Shown here piece after piece: positions 27,150 to 40,084 of a stretch of 64,000 nucleotides of DNA. The notes under the pieces are model-generated. The model saw only the letters and a program-made list of their open reading frames with translations, was not told the origin of the DNA and did no database searches. The DNA lies in NCBI GenBank assembly GCA_951406725.2, contig OX597816.1:114824001-114888000 (forward strand), read 5' to 3'. Both the position numbers and the translations under genes were made by a program. How positions within the stretch are numbered: position 1 is the stretch's first letter; each line of letters begins with the position of its first letter. The stretch is from Octopus vulgaris (Eukaryota).

Positions 27150-27212
27150 CCTGTACACATGGGACTCGAACCCACACCCCTTTGTTTTCGTAACAAAAAT
27201 GCTACCATTATA
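27150..27212 (-). pseudogene. tRNA-like remnant (T-arm intact; possibly Arg-ACG derived, or a SINE head)
   Basis: Minus strand: tataatggtagc...ttacgaa...gtggg TTCGAGT cccat; acceptor stem not recoverable. Confidence 0.4.
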
Positions 27213-27237
27213 TATGTATAAATATATATGTGTGTGA

Positions 27238-27272
<35 letters not shown>

Positions 27273-27274
27273 TA

Positions 27275-27578
27275 TTGATAGAAATGGTAAGACAACAAAA
27301 GAATGAAAGAGACCTCGATATTATGTAAACAGAGGAATTTATCTGTAAATATAATATGTAACAATTATTCGGTAGCCATGATAAAACTCCAAGTTTTGGA
27401 TGCCAGGTCAGAAACCCATGCTGCCATCTCTTCACTTATCCAGCCATCGAAAAAATGGTCCACTTTTTTTTTTGATAGTCAGATAACTGCAGAGATGGCA
27501 GTGTGGGTTTCCGCCCCGACATCCAAAACTCAGAGGTTTATCATGGCTACCAAATAATTGTGACATATTATATTTACA

Positions 27579-27580
<2 letters not shown>
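27275..27580. mobile_element. Fold-back element in (TA)n with a hammerhead motif in each arm
   Basis: Arms ~27343-27455 and ~27468-27579 are inverted. Plus arm: gataa CTGCAGA gatg...catc c AAAA ctcagag GT ttatc. Same family as 33668-33935. Confidence 0.7.
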
Positions 27581-27628
<48 letters not shown>

Positions 27629-27799
27629 GAATGAACCGACTTCATTACGTAATATTTTAATAAGGAAAAGCAAATCACAAGTATTTACTCACAATCAACT
27701 TTTATTCCCTGTCTTACAAGTGTTCAATGTGGTCACCATCTGCAGCATGGACAACATCAATGTGATAAGAGAATTCCTCCCAGAGGCATATCTGCTTGG

Positions 27800-27950
27800 C
27801 TTGTGAGATCCCCAAACCTGACCATGCATGTAATTCTTTTCTTGTGGGTATATGCAAAAGATCGTGTTTATGTTCCACCACTACTCACTAACCTCAATGA
27901 CTTTAAACATCAAATAACAACAGCGATCAACTCAGTGGATCGTGATATGC
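27800..27950 (+). pseudogene. Tc1/mariner-superfamily transposase C-terminal fragment
   Basis: RSPNLT...FLWVYAKDRVYVPPL.T.L.D.K.QI..AI, matching the (WPP)RSPDLTP.DFFLWGY.KD.VY motif. Confidence 0.75.
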
Positions 27951-28835
27951 AGTGGAATGACATTCCGTCCAAGTGGGGAATTTATACAACATGGAAACCA
28001 GGTACTCAGCACTTGTCTCAAGGAGGTAACTCTACTTCTTTTTTTTATATGTGTGCATGTCCTTGCTTTGACATTATGTGATAGCTCTAAACAAGTGTCA
28101 CCACCATGCAAGTGGTGTTGTTTGTTTCAAATCTTCTTTGGAAACATGTCTGGTTATGGAGAAATATACCTTATTTAGAAATATGTGAGGGTTGGCAATA
28201 AGATGGGCATCTTGCTATAGAAAATCTACTTCAGCAGATTCTTTCTGACCCGTGCAGGCTTGGATAAGTGGATGTTAAAACGATGATGATGTGGTCCTTG
28301 ATTTCATTTTATTTTCTTTCTGTCTTTTGGGCAAGAGGGAAGACAGTGCCAGTAACTCTCTACAGGTGGCAGAGAGGGACGATGGTATCATCGAACCAAA
28401 GATCTGGTCTGAATGCTAGCAATGGTGTGGTGTCTGCTAAAGCTACAAAATACATCTAACCTACAAACAAACTAGGTGGCACGGTCACGCTTGGGATGGC
28501 TTTTGATCATAGGTTCACTAGCTGGATCAAGGAAGGATGGGATGTACTGCAACCAAACAACAACAACAACAACAACAGTAGCAGCAGCAGCAGCAACAAA
28601 AACAACAGCAACAATAACCATAGAAAGGTATCAATCATGTTTTGTGTCCAATTCATTTGGATACACATACATGACCAATTACAAATTAAATACCAAAGTA
28701 AAATAAACGGAAATAAAAAGTATATATTAACTATTGTTCATTGTTCTTATTATTGTTCCTATTATTTTGTTCTCTATTTATCACACAGAGATATCACCAC
28801 AGTGTGACGGATATGTTTATCTCAAGATTACTCAC

Positions 28836-28882
28836 GTGACAATGAGTCTTTAATAACACCCATGACATCATTTAAAGGCATG
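28836..28882 (-). other. Candidate 47-nt exon with ATG
   Basis: cactaacattaacactaacag|CATGCC...TCAC|gtgagt; only open frame is MPLNDVMGVIKDSLS. Confidence 0.3.
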
Positions 28883-29054
28883 CTGTTAGTGTTAATGTTA
28901 GTGATAAGAGGTAACGGAAAAAAAAAATTAAAATGAGGAAATAAATACTTGGTCTTTTATTTAATTCAATTTATATTTTAATTTTTTTCAAAAAGTTTAT
29001 TTATTTAAATGTTTTTGAAGTATCAATGTATGTATATGAATATATGTGTATATA

Positions 29055-29100
<46 letters not shown>

Positions 29101-29126
29101 CGCATAGCTATATATACATATATACA

Positions 29127-29164
<38 letters not shown>

Positions 29165-29360
29165 CATATAATTTGGAGGGAAAATTTTATTGAATTGTCT
29201 GTCTCTGTCAGAGCAAATCATGAAACAAGTTTCAAAGTTTTTGTTATCCTCTTTCTGTTTTCTTCTCTCCTGTCATGAACTTATGTATATATGTGTGCGT
29301 ATGTGTGTGTGCTTGTGGGTGTACATGGTGCATCTGTACACACACACATACACACACGTG

Positions 29361-29406
<46 letters not shown>

Positions 29407-29464
29407 TATATAAATGTATATACATGCATTTACATATATACATATATATATAAATGTATGTACA

Positions 29465-29517
<53 letters not shown>

Positions 29518-30606
29518 TTAAATAACACTAGCGAGCACTAGTTTACGATTGGAATATGTGAGCTATCCATTGCTGTTTAAATTAAAACCTAGATGGTTAA
29601 TGAAGATGTGCAGCTATCCATGTGTGTCTGCATATATTTATACATAATTAGCCATGCATTTTATTGTTGTAGTCACCATGATCATGATCATCATTATCAT
29701 CATCATCACCACAACACTTATACGTGTGTGCATTATATATCCATGACTTGGTTGCTTCTTTGTATTACAAAAACATGTAGCTCCATGGCACTACAACCAA
29801 AATATAAATGATCTTCATATGCACACATACACATACACATATACTCACATGCACATAAACATATTTATATATACACACATATTCATATGCACATAGATAC
29901 ATATATCTATTTCATTATTTCTCCTTGAAGTGAGATGGTGAACAGTAAAATTGGTGTGATATATAATATGTATATAAGTACTAGGCTAAAAAAGAATAAG
30001 TCTTGAGATCAATTTGCTCAACTAAAATCCTTCCATGAGGTACCCCAGCATGGTTATGGTTAAATAACTGAAACAAGTAAAGGATGAAAGATCATGATAA
30101 AATTTGTTTTTAATAGATTCAGTTTGAAGAGAACTGTCGTCATTGTTGTCTTTGTCATCGCCGTCATCCTCGTTGTCATCCTTGTCACCATCCTCAACAT
30201 CCTCATCTTCGTCCTTGTCATCCTCATCCTCATCATCATTGTTGTTGCTTAGCTCCAGTCAAGATCGGAATGAACAGATTTAGGATCAAATAATTGCCTT
30301 AGCACTGTGTATCTGAGATGGCATTATCATATATGTCCATTCTGGATTAAGTTGGATAGGTGATTGGGTGGGATGTGAACAGCATGTAGCTGCTCTTTCT
30401 AGCAAAATGAGCAGCTTGATAGAAGATCCTTTGTAGCTTTTTAAGCACAAATCAGAAACTGGAGTGAATAAATTGACTAATGTCACACAGTCCTCCAACA
30501 AATTTTTCTGGTTTTTGTGACTGTCTTACAATTATAATTTAGCTCTACATCTTTGCAAACCTCTCTGCCTGCAGAACGGACTTGTAAATATATGGATATG
30601 CAAGCC

Positions 30607-31005
30607 ATAGGAGTGGCTGTGTGGTAAGTAGCTTGCTTACCAACCACATGGTTCCAGGTTCAGTCCCACTGCGTGGCACCTTGGGCAAGTGTCTTCTACT
30701 ATAGCCTTGGGCTAACCAAAGCTTTGTGAGTGGATTTGGTAGATGGAAACTGAAAGAAGCCCATCGTATATATGTATGTTTGTGTGTGTATATATGTATA
30801 TGTTTGTGTGTCTGTGTTTGCCCCTTCCCCCCAACCGATGCTGGTGTGGTTACGTCCCCGTAACCTAGCAGTTCATTAAAAGAGACCGATAGAATAAGTG
30901 CTCGGCTTACAAAGAATAAGTCCTGAGGTCGATTTGCTCGACTAAAGGTGGTGCTCCAGCATGGCCACATTCATATGACTGAAACAAGGAAAAGAGTAAA
31001 AGAGA
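30607..31005 (+). mobile_element. SINE family B copy
   Basis: Colinear with 4449-4860. Confidence 0.88.
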
Positions 31006-31255
31006 ATATTTTGAACTAATCTCCCTTTTGTAAGTTTACTGCATAGTGATGCTCTCTCAGATTTTTTATACCCCTTTTGATATCAATCCACTTAAAACCA
31101 GCCTTCATTCTATGATAAAAAATACCGTTTAAAAATTCAAAATGGTCCTAATTCATCTTTAACTGTGAGTTATTTGCTTTCTCTTTTGCATAAAAAAATA
31201 ATTTTTAGCTGGTAAGTTTCCTTCTCTCCATAGGCCATTTAACTCTGACCAAAAT

Positions 31256-31610
31256 TTGTTGGTACTACATTTATGATTTTAGTAGGATCACCAAAGAAAA
31301 TTCTGTGCTAGTTTTCCTTTTATCTTTCTTTTACTTGTTTCAGTCATTAGACTCTGGCCAGGCTGGGGCACTGCCTTGAAGAATTTTAGTCAAATGATTC
31401 AACCCTAGTACTAACCATTTTAAAAAATACCGGTTGTTGGTACTACATTTATGATTTTAGTAGGATCAACAAAGAAAATTCTGTGCTAGTTTTCCTTTTA
31501 TCTTTCTTTTACTTGTTTCAGTCATTAGACTCTGGCCAGGCTGGGGCACTGCCTTGAAGAATTTTAGTCAAATGATTCAACCCCAGTACTAACCATTTTA
31601 AAGAATACCG
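31256..31610. repeat. 178-bp tandem duplication spanning a SINE tail and its flank
   Basis: ggtactacatttatg at 31261 and 31439; near-identical units. Confidence 0.9.
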
Positions 31611-31718
31611 ATACTTATTCTATCAGCCATTTTGCCATATGCTATGTTGCAAGAATGTAAATACATCAACTCTGGTTGTCAAGCAGTGTTGGACAACAAA
31701 CAGAAACCAAAGGCATGT

Positions 31719-31768
<50 letters not shown>

Positions 31769-32389
31769 CACACAGATGATGATCTTCATTTCAGTTTCTG
31801 TCTACCACATCCACTCACAAGGATTTGGTCTGCTTGAGGGTATAGTAGAAGACACTTGCCCAAGGTGCCATGCAGTAGGACTGAACTCAGAACCATGTAC
31901 ATCTACATTTGTGCCTATTCGAGAAAGTCAGTTGCTTGATACCTGAACTGCATCAAAGTTTCAAACTTAGCATCTCAGGAATTCCTCGCCAATCTAAGAC
32001 ATCTCTTACATCACACTTAATGGTTAGCATAACAGTCAGCATAATAGCATCAATGAACAGCATAGATTGTTTCCAGATGAAGATCAGACTTAAACATTGC
32101 ATTGTGGGATACATGCGTTGTTTATAAAGTGTTTAGTTTGCCAAAGAACTGCCTGAGTAAAGCATTTCAAACTGCTGGAAACTACAGACAAATTCCCATA
32201 AATCATATTCCACAATCGTAAAAAAGTGACATATTGTCTGTGTGGTAAGAAGCTTGCTTCCCAACCAGATGGTTCCAAGTTCAGTCCCACTGTGTGGTAC
32301 TTTGGGCAAGTGCCTTGCACTGGGCTGATCAAAGTCTTGTGAGTGGATTTGGTAGATGAAAATTGAAAAAAAACTGTTGTATATATACT

Positions 32390-32716
32390 GAGACTCCCTT
32401 CGGTCATGACTGACCATGGGATTGCACCTAGAAAGTTACCCTCCAAGGCACAAGTCTGGGCAAGGTTGTTGATGGAAAACCAGTAGTCACCCATGCCTAC
32501 CGGTCTCCCCTCTCTATGCCACTAGTGTTATCCAAGGGAAAGGCAAAGGCCGATACAGCTTGGCACCTGTGACATCGCAACTCATTTCTACAGCTGCATA
32601 AACTGGAGCAACGTGAAATAAAGTGTCTTGCTCAAGAACACAACACACAGCCTGGTCTGGGATTCGAAGTAACAACCTCATGATCATAAGCTCGACGCTC
32701 TAACCATTGAGCCATG
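32390..32716 (-). mobile_element. SINE family A copy
   Basis: Reverse complement of 575-905. Confidence 0.85.
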
Positions 32717-33296
32717 CATGAATATATATATATATATATATAAAATATATATATATATATAAATTCATACTAGAATATAAGAACAAAATCACATTAATGA
32801 TTTTTATTAGGTTGTCAGGATGCGATAAAAATTTGTAGGTAATTTATACATTAAATTGATAATTATATATATATGTATATAGCTATATTAAGGGATCAAG
32901 GGTGAAAAAAAATGACCTAATTCCAACATGCTTGAAAATGCTGAGGCATTCAGATACTACTGCAAAAACTCCAACGCTATACATGGATTGTAGGCGAGTA
33001 AGTGAAAATATACGATGCCAGCGCCGCCTCGACTGGCTTCCGTGCCGGTGGCATGTAAAAAGCACCAATCCGATCGTGGCTGTTGCCAGCCTCACCTGGC
33101 ACCTGTGCCGGTGGCACTTAAAAAGCACCCACTACACTCACGGAGTGGTTGGCATTAGGAAGGGCATCCAGCTGCAGAAACACTGCCAAACCAGATTTGA
33201 GCCTGGTGCAGCCTTCTGGCTTCCCAGATCCCCGGTCAAACTGTCCAACCCATGCTAGCATGGAAAGCGGACGCTAAACGATGATGATAATGACGA

Positions 33297-33599
33297 AAAA
33301 ATAGAAAAGAGTGTAAAAACTACAGAAGGCTTGTTTTATAAGGTTAAAGAATATATTTAAGTCGTTATGTTAGAAAAATGTTATAAAATTTTGTGTATTG
33401 TAACATAGTTTTTGGAGAAATAACTGGTTTCGTGTATACTTTTCAAATTTCTCGAGTATATACAAAACTGGTTATTTCTCCCAAAACTATGTTACTATAC
33501 ACAAGATTTTATAGCATTTTTCTAACATATTGACTTAAATATATTCTTTAACCTTATAAAACAATCCTTCTGTAGTTTTTTCACTCTTTTCTATTTTTT
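33297..33599. repeat. ~300-bp AT-rich palindrome (fold-back) centred on a hammerhead motif
   Basis: aaaaatagaaaagagtg...cactcttttctattttt; arms of ~140 bp. Confidence 0.9.
33415..33453 (-). ncRNA. Minimal type-I hammerhead ribozyme, U3:A8 core variant
   Basis: Minus strand: gagaaat TTGAAAA gt-atac-ac GAAA ccag TT atttctc. 7-bp stem I, G10.1-C11.1 pair, near-palindromic stem III (ACCRGT), cleavage triplet GUU. Confidence 0.7.
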
Positions 33600-33638
33600 A
33601 TACATCCAACCACATGCTTTCACACACCAACATTCTCA

Positions 33639-33667
<29 letters not shown>

Positions 33668-33671
<4 letters not shown>

Positions 33672-33935
33672 GTAAATATAATATGTGACAATTATTGGGT
33701 AGCCATGATAAAACTCTGAGTTTTGGATGTCGGGGCAGTTTTAACGGTCATTTTCATAGCACTTTTTGGGCCCGATAACTGAAGTGATAGCATGGGTTTC
33801 CACCCTGACATCTGAAACTCAGAGTTTTATCATGGCTACCGAATAATTGTCATATTATATTTACAGATAAATTCCTCTATTTACATAATATCGAGGTCTC
33901 TTTCATTCTTTTGTTGTCTTGCCATTTCTGTCAAT
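33668..33935. mobile_element. Second copy of the hammerhead fold-back element, in (TA)n
   Basis: 33774-33831: gataa CTGAAG(t)...catc t GAAA ctc-a-gag TT ttatc. Inverted partial arm at 33668-33738. Confidence 0.7.
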
Positions 33936-34523
33936 ATATATATATATTTCAATGTTTATATCAATGTGTATCTTAGTATCTGTGTTTGTTCTTCCCCTAT
34001 TGCTTGACAGCCAGTGTTGGTATGTTTACATTCCTGTAACTTAGCAGTTTGGCTTAAGAGATCAATAGAAAGCATATCAGGCTTTAAAAAAATGTACTGG
34101 GGTTGATTCAGTTGCCTAAGATTCTTCATGGCAGTGTCCCAGCATGGCCACAGTCTAATGACTGAAACAAGTAAAAGATAGAAGATAGTCCAACACACAC
34201 ATCAAGATGCTTGGTCATGGCTGGAATATAATTGATTGTAAGCTTACATACCTGCTCAGGTTGGAATCCCCTTGTACTATGGCACAAGGTCTTCATTAGG
34301 AACGACAACAAGAACAAAAGTGAATCAAGGAGGAAGCCTCTATGTAATCGTTCACCTTGCTAGAAATAGCAGCCATTTCTCCCTCAGATCAGAATCTACC
34401 ATCTTAAATGCAGGCACTACATATAGGATAAAATGGTTCTGTATCATTGATGGTCAATGCTTAAAATATCTTTGATCATAAAGTCTGCTTTATCAGGAAG
34501 CTGACCTTGGGTTTAACAAAAAC

Positions 34524-34554
<31 letters not shown>

Positions 34555-34931
34555 GCAATGCAAAGAAGTAAGACAACAATAACAACAATTGGGAATGATA
34601 GCAGAATCAAGAAGAACATGAAAAAAATACAAAGCAAAGAAAATAATAGTTAAAAATCAAAAGATTTACTTTGATCGCAGCAACAACAACAACAACAAAA
34701 ATCATCTTACTTCCAGTATAACCACAAATACCACTACACTAGTAGTAGTAGTGGTAGTAATGGTAATAGTTGTCGTTATTGTTACTGTGGTGGTTGTAGT
34801 GGTTGTGATGGTCGTGGTGATGGTAGTGGTAGTAGTATTAGTTGTGGTGGTGGTCGTAGTGGTTGTAGTGGTGGTAACAGTAGTAGAAGTGGTGGTGGTA
34901 GAAGTGATGGTAGTGGTGATAGTATTGGTGA

Positions 34932-35000
<69 letters not shown>

Positions 35001-35869
35001 CAGCAGTAGCAGTAGTTAATAGCAAGAACATCGAGAATAACAAGATGACAATGCCAGCATAAAAATGTCTCTATAATGTTGTTTTACCAATGCAACAAAA
35101 AGTACAAACAAAAAGTACAAAAAAAGTACAAAAAGCAATGTAAAAAAAAGGAAAAAAAAACATTACGACAACAACAACAAAAAGTGCAGCTATTGCAAGG
35201 ACATCAATGACAACACCAACAATAACAACAAACTTCCTACTTTCTCTCTGTCCCCCTCCTTCCACCGACTCAATCTCCCACCCCATCTCTCTCTCTTTCT
35301 TTCTTTCTTTCTCTTCCTCTTTTTCTCTCTCCTGTTACAAGAGGAGTTTGTAGGGTCACAGCCAGGTGGCAAATACTTTCAATTACAGATGTAGATTAAT
35401 TAAAAGACAAATAAATGCACTCAGGAGGCAAAACAGCGTTTGGTGTAAAAAGCAATCCATTATCGAAAAACCCCTTTCGTAGAAAACAACATAGGAAGTC
35501 ATCATCACCGCTGCCACCACCACCACCATTACCATCACCACCACCACCACCGTCATCATCGTCGTCGTCGTCATAACCAACAACAACAACAACAACAGCC
35601 ACTGTAGTATAAAGAACTACAGCAGCTATAAAAGCAGCGGTAATTACACCAATAGAGACAGCAGCAGTAACAACAGCGACAACGACTGAGGCAGCTGCAT
35701 GATATGTGGTTAAATGTATAAATAACAACAACAACAACATCATCATCAACTATAATGATAATAGTGATGAGATGATGATAAGAATGATGGAGATGTCTAT
35801 GTTGATCATGACAGCAATGATGATGATGATGATGATTATAAAATAATAATAATGATAATATCATTAATC

Positions 35870-35907
<38 letters not shown>

Positions 35908-36119
35908 CCTTTCTACTAAAGGCCTGAAATTTTGGGGGAGGGCAACTAGTTGATTTACATTGACCCCAGTGTTTTACTGGTACTTAATTCATTGACCCTC
36001 CCCACTCAAAAGGATGAAAGGCAAAGCTGACCTCAGTGAAATTTGAACCCAGAACGTAAAGACAGATGAAATGTCACTAAGCATTTTGCCTGGTATGCTA
36101 ACGATTCTGCCAGTTTGCC

Positions 36120-36194
<75 letters not shown>

Positions 36195-36302
36195 CAACAA
36201 CAACAATGTCATGATGAGGATTATGACGTTGATAAAAAGGGGTGATGTGAAGTATGATGATGATGATGAATGACAGAGATGACAATAATAATAATCATAA
36301 TC

Positions 36303-36359
<57 letters not shown>

Positions 36360-36360
36360 G

Positions 36361-36695
36361 GGGAGCATCATAGCCATGTGTTGAGAGGGATTCTTTGGGG
36401 TTTGAATAATTCACCTCTGGAAACATGGGTGTTTCATTCAACATCCTTAAACAACCCTTATTCAGGAACCTTTTGAGTGAGAAGGGCTACTCGACCTGAA
36501 GAAAATTCTAACTGAGTCCCAACTGCAAGATCATGCACTATTTATCTTGATATAAAATCACCATGTTGAGCACACATATGGTTGTGGTACATGTGCCTGG
36601 TGTACTCTTATCAGATGGGAATCATGATGGGTCTATTGGGCTTCGTATAATTGTACCTCAGCATATATTGCTCTCTCACTCAATAATAATAATAA
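36361..36695 (+). mobile_element. Family D retroposon 3' end flanked on both sides by (TAA)n
   Basis: Matches 210-567. Confidence 0.7.
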
Positions 36696-37741
36696 TTATT
36701 ATAGTCCTTTCTACTATAGGCATAAGCCCTGAAATTTTGGGGGAGGGGCATAATCAATTATGTCACCCCTAGTGCTCCACTGGTACTTATTTCATTGACC
36801 CTCAAAAGGGTGACCTCAGTGGAATTTGAACTCAGATGAAATGTTGCTAAGCATCTTTATGATATAAAGATCACATGAACTTTATCTCATGAAACCAAGG
36901 ACAGTCTCAGGTGGTTTGGTATCAAAATGGTCAGTCCTTACAGTTTTACTAAGGTACCTGAAAGTGCTGGAATTGATACGATTGGTTATACCACCAATTA
37001 CGAAATTTATGGCAGTGTATCTGTTAGAAATCAGCATTTTGTAGACTGCTATGATATTTTATTGATCCTTGAAGAATACTTGGCAATCTTGACCTCTCTT
37101 AAGTTTTGAACTTGAGTGTTAATATCTCGAAAACTGACACAAGTTCCCTTCCTCAAATGCCCCTGCCCATCTCAAAATTTAACCATGGGGTTAATTACCA
37201 AAATGACTATGAATGAAACACTACTGGATAGAAGAGATGATAAGTGTTTCTAGACAGTTCTCGTTTATTTAACCTTGTGAGTTACTTGGTGACCCTGCCA
37301 GTGGTGGTGCCACATAAAAAATATCCAGTCCACACTGTAAAGTGGTTGGCATTTGGAAGGGCATCCAGCAGTAAAAATCATGCCAGAAATAACCTCGCTT
37401 CTGCTATTACCATGTAAAAAGCACTGAGGCCACTCTGCAGAATGGTTGGTGTTAGGAAGGGCATCCAACCATAAAAACCCTGCCAAAACTGACACAGTAG
37501 TCTGGGGTAGTCTTCTACCTCACCGGCTCCTATCAACCGTCCTACCCATCTATGCATGCATGGAAGACAGACGTTAAACAATGATGACAATTATGATGAT
37601 GTTGATGATAATACATACATACATACATACAGACATATTTATATATATATATATAGATTCATATGAATATGTTACTTAAGTTAAAGGCACCAGAATTTAG
37701 TATGGTATTATCCATATAATCAAAGTGGGGTGATTATAATC

Positions 37742-37892
37742 AAAATAAGCAACAAGGATATCCAGAGGTAATGTGGTATGATCGTTTCATGCGACTCCAT
37801 TTAATTGAACAATTAATTTAATTCTTCAATTAAATGGAGTTGCATGAAACGATCGTACTGCATTACCTCTGGATATCCTTGTTGCTTATTTT
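37742..37892. repeat. 150-bp palindrome with hammerhead 3' half-site
   Basis: Arms nearly perfect; contains GAAA cgatcg TA (palindromic stem III plus UH). Confidence 0.8.
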
Positions 37893-37901
37893 TATTATAT
37901 A

Positions 37902-37963
<62 letters not shown>

Positions 37964-37965
<2 letters not shown>

Positions 37966-39181
37966 AGGGTTTTGGGAAAGTAATTGCATTTTTTCACCAC
38001 TATGAAATATGAATCAACCAATCACATCAGAGCCAAGGTCGAACAGGCAAGAACTGTCTAGAAATATATATCATCTCTTTGATCCAGCAGTGTGTCATTC
38101 ATAGTTATTTTGGTAATTAACCCCATGGAGGATAAGAGCTTTATGATACAGCATATTTGCCATTGTTTACTGTATGAGTTTCAAAACAAAAGTACTGCTA
38201 CAAAAGCAATGAAAATCATTTGCGAAGTGTATCTAGATGCAGTGAAAGCTCATACATGTCAGCTGTGATTTAAAAGGTTTAAAGATAGTGGTTGTGACAT
38301 ATTCGACAAGCCCCATTCTGGAAGATGACCTACTCTGAATGATAAGCTTTTGAATGAGATTGTTGTATTGCATCCTTATCAAAGCACCAGTTATTTGGTG
38401 CAAAAATTTAATGTCATGTTCAACTATCAATGAGCATATCAAGCAAATTGGGGAAACATGAAAAGAAAGAATTTTGGTTCCACATGAGCTTACACTTGAG
38501 AACCAACTATTTTCAATAGCCTTCTGACCTGGAATAAGAACCTGTCATTTCTGCTGTTCATTGTTACAGGTGATGAAAAATGGGTTTTGCATCTCAACAG
38601 AAAATGGAAAAGATTATCATGTAATGAGAAGCCATCCAAAACACCATCTGCAAAAATCGTAGCACTGTGTTTGGTGGAGCATGAAAGGTATCATTCATTA
38701 CGAGCTACTGGAACATGAACCATCAATGCAGATGTCGATTGCCAACAACTTATTGTGAAATTGAAAAATTACATCAAAAGTGGCCAGCTTTGGTGAATGG
38801 AAAAGGTGTTATTCTCCAGCATGACATTGCATAGCCACACTCTTCAAAACAAACCCAATAAAAAATAAAATCGTTAGGATGGGAAGTTCTTCCTCATCCA
38901 CCATACTCACCTGGCTTAGCACCTATGGATTTCCATCTGTTCCAATCATTAGAACATTTTATAAGAGACAAAACATTCAGAAACAGAGAGTTGAAAACAG
39001 TCTTTCAGACTTTTTCAGGAAAAGAAATAGGTTTCTTTGAATGTAGCATAAAAATGTTACTTTCCCATTGGGCTGCAGTCATTGAAAACGATGGTGATTA
39101 CATTCTTGATTAAAACTATTCAGTACATTTGTTTTTATATTCTTTCTGGTAAAATGCAATTACTTTCCGAATACCCCAATA
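37964..39181 (+). mobile_element. Full-length (~1.2 kb) decayed mariner transposon
   Basis: TIRs (gggaaagtaattgcatttt / aaaatgcaattactttccgaataccccaaTA). Pseudo-ORF from ATG 38125 (MEDKSFMIQHICHCLLYEF) through IVTGDEKWV and HPPYSPGLAPMDFHLF to stop 39113, with stops and frameshifts. An inverted 5' fragment also lies at ~37183-37262. Confidence 0.92.
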
Positions 39182-39499
39182 CACATACATGTGTTTGTAT
39201 GTGTGTGTGTGTGTAAATGTATACAGGCTGTTTCTTTCTACCAAATTCTTTCACAAAGGTTTGGTCAGCTCACAGCCATAGTAGAAGACGCTTGCCCACA
39301 GTGACGTACAGTGGGAAGGACCTGGAACCATGAGGTTGAGAAGCAAACTGCTTACCACACAGCTATATCTATACCAATAATATGAAGTGCTGCTAAGCAT
39401 TTTATCCAGCATACTAACAATTCTCCGGATCACTACCATTTACCATGCTGGACAAAGTGCTTGCCTTTGGGTAACAGAAAATACAGGAGAATCAGTAAA

Positions 39500-39661
39500 T
39501 TAAGATTTTATTCAACATATTCCCCTCTCAGATTCACACATTTATTGCAGTGGTCCTCCAGTTTTTCTAAAACCCTGTAAAAGTACTCAGGAGGTTGGGC
39601 TTCCAGCCAGGCCTTTCATGATACCCTTAAAGCCAGGAACTTTTCAACACCTGCTCGTGTA
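39500..39661. mobile_element. Probable mariner-type MITE end
   Basis: Terminates aacttttcaacacctgctcgtgTA, resembling TA-(C)GAG..GTGTTGAAAAGTT mariner TIRs. Confidence 0.45.
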
Positions 39662-39769
39662 TATATTAATGTAAGCATTGATGCATGTATGTATGTTTGT
39701 ATGTATGTATGTATGTATGTATGTATGTATGTATGTATGTATGTATGTATGTATGTATGTATATATATG

Positions 39770-39888
<119 letters not shown>

Positions 39889-40041
39889 GCGCATAGATGC
39901 TTGTGAGTGTATATGTATATACATACCCACGCATACATATATACCAACTAAAGAAACAATGTTCAATACAACTGGAGTGAAATTACAATAACTGAAATAT
40001 TATGATTGTAAAATTACAGCAAGAACAAATATGCATGTGTT

Positions 40042-40084
<43 letters not shown>

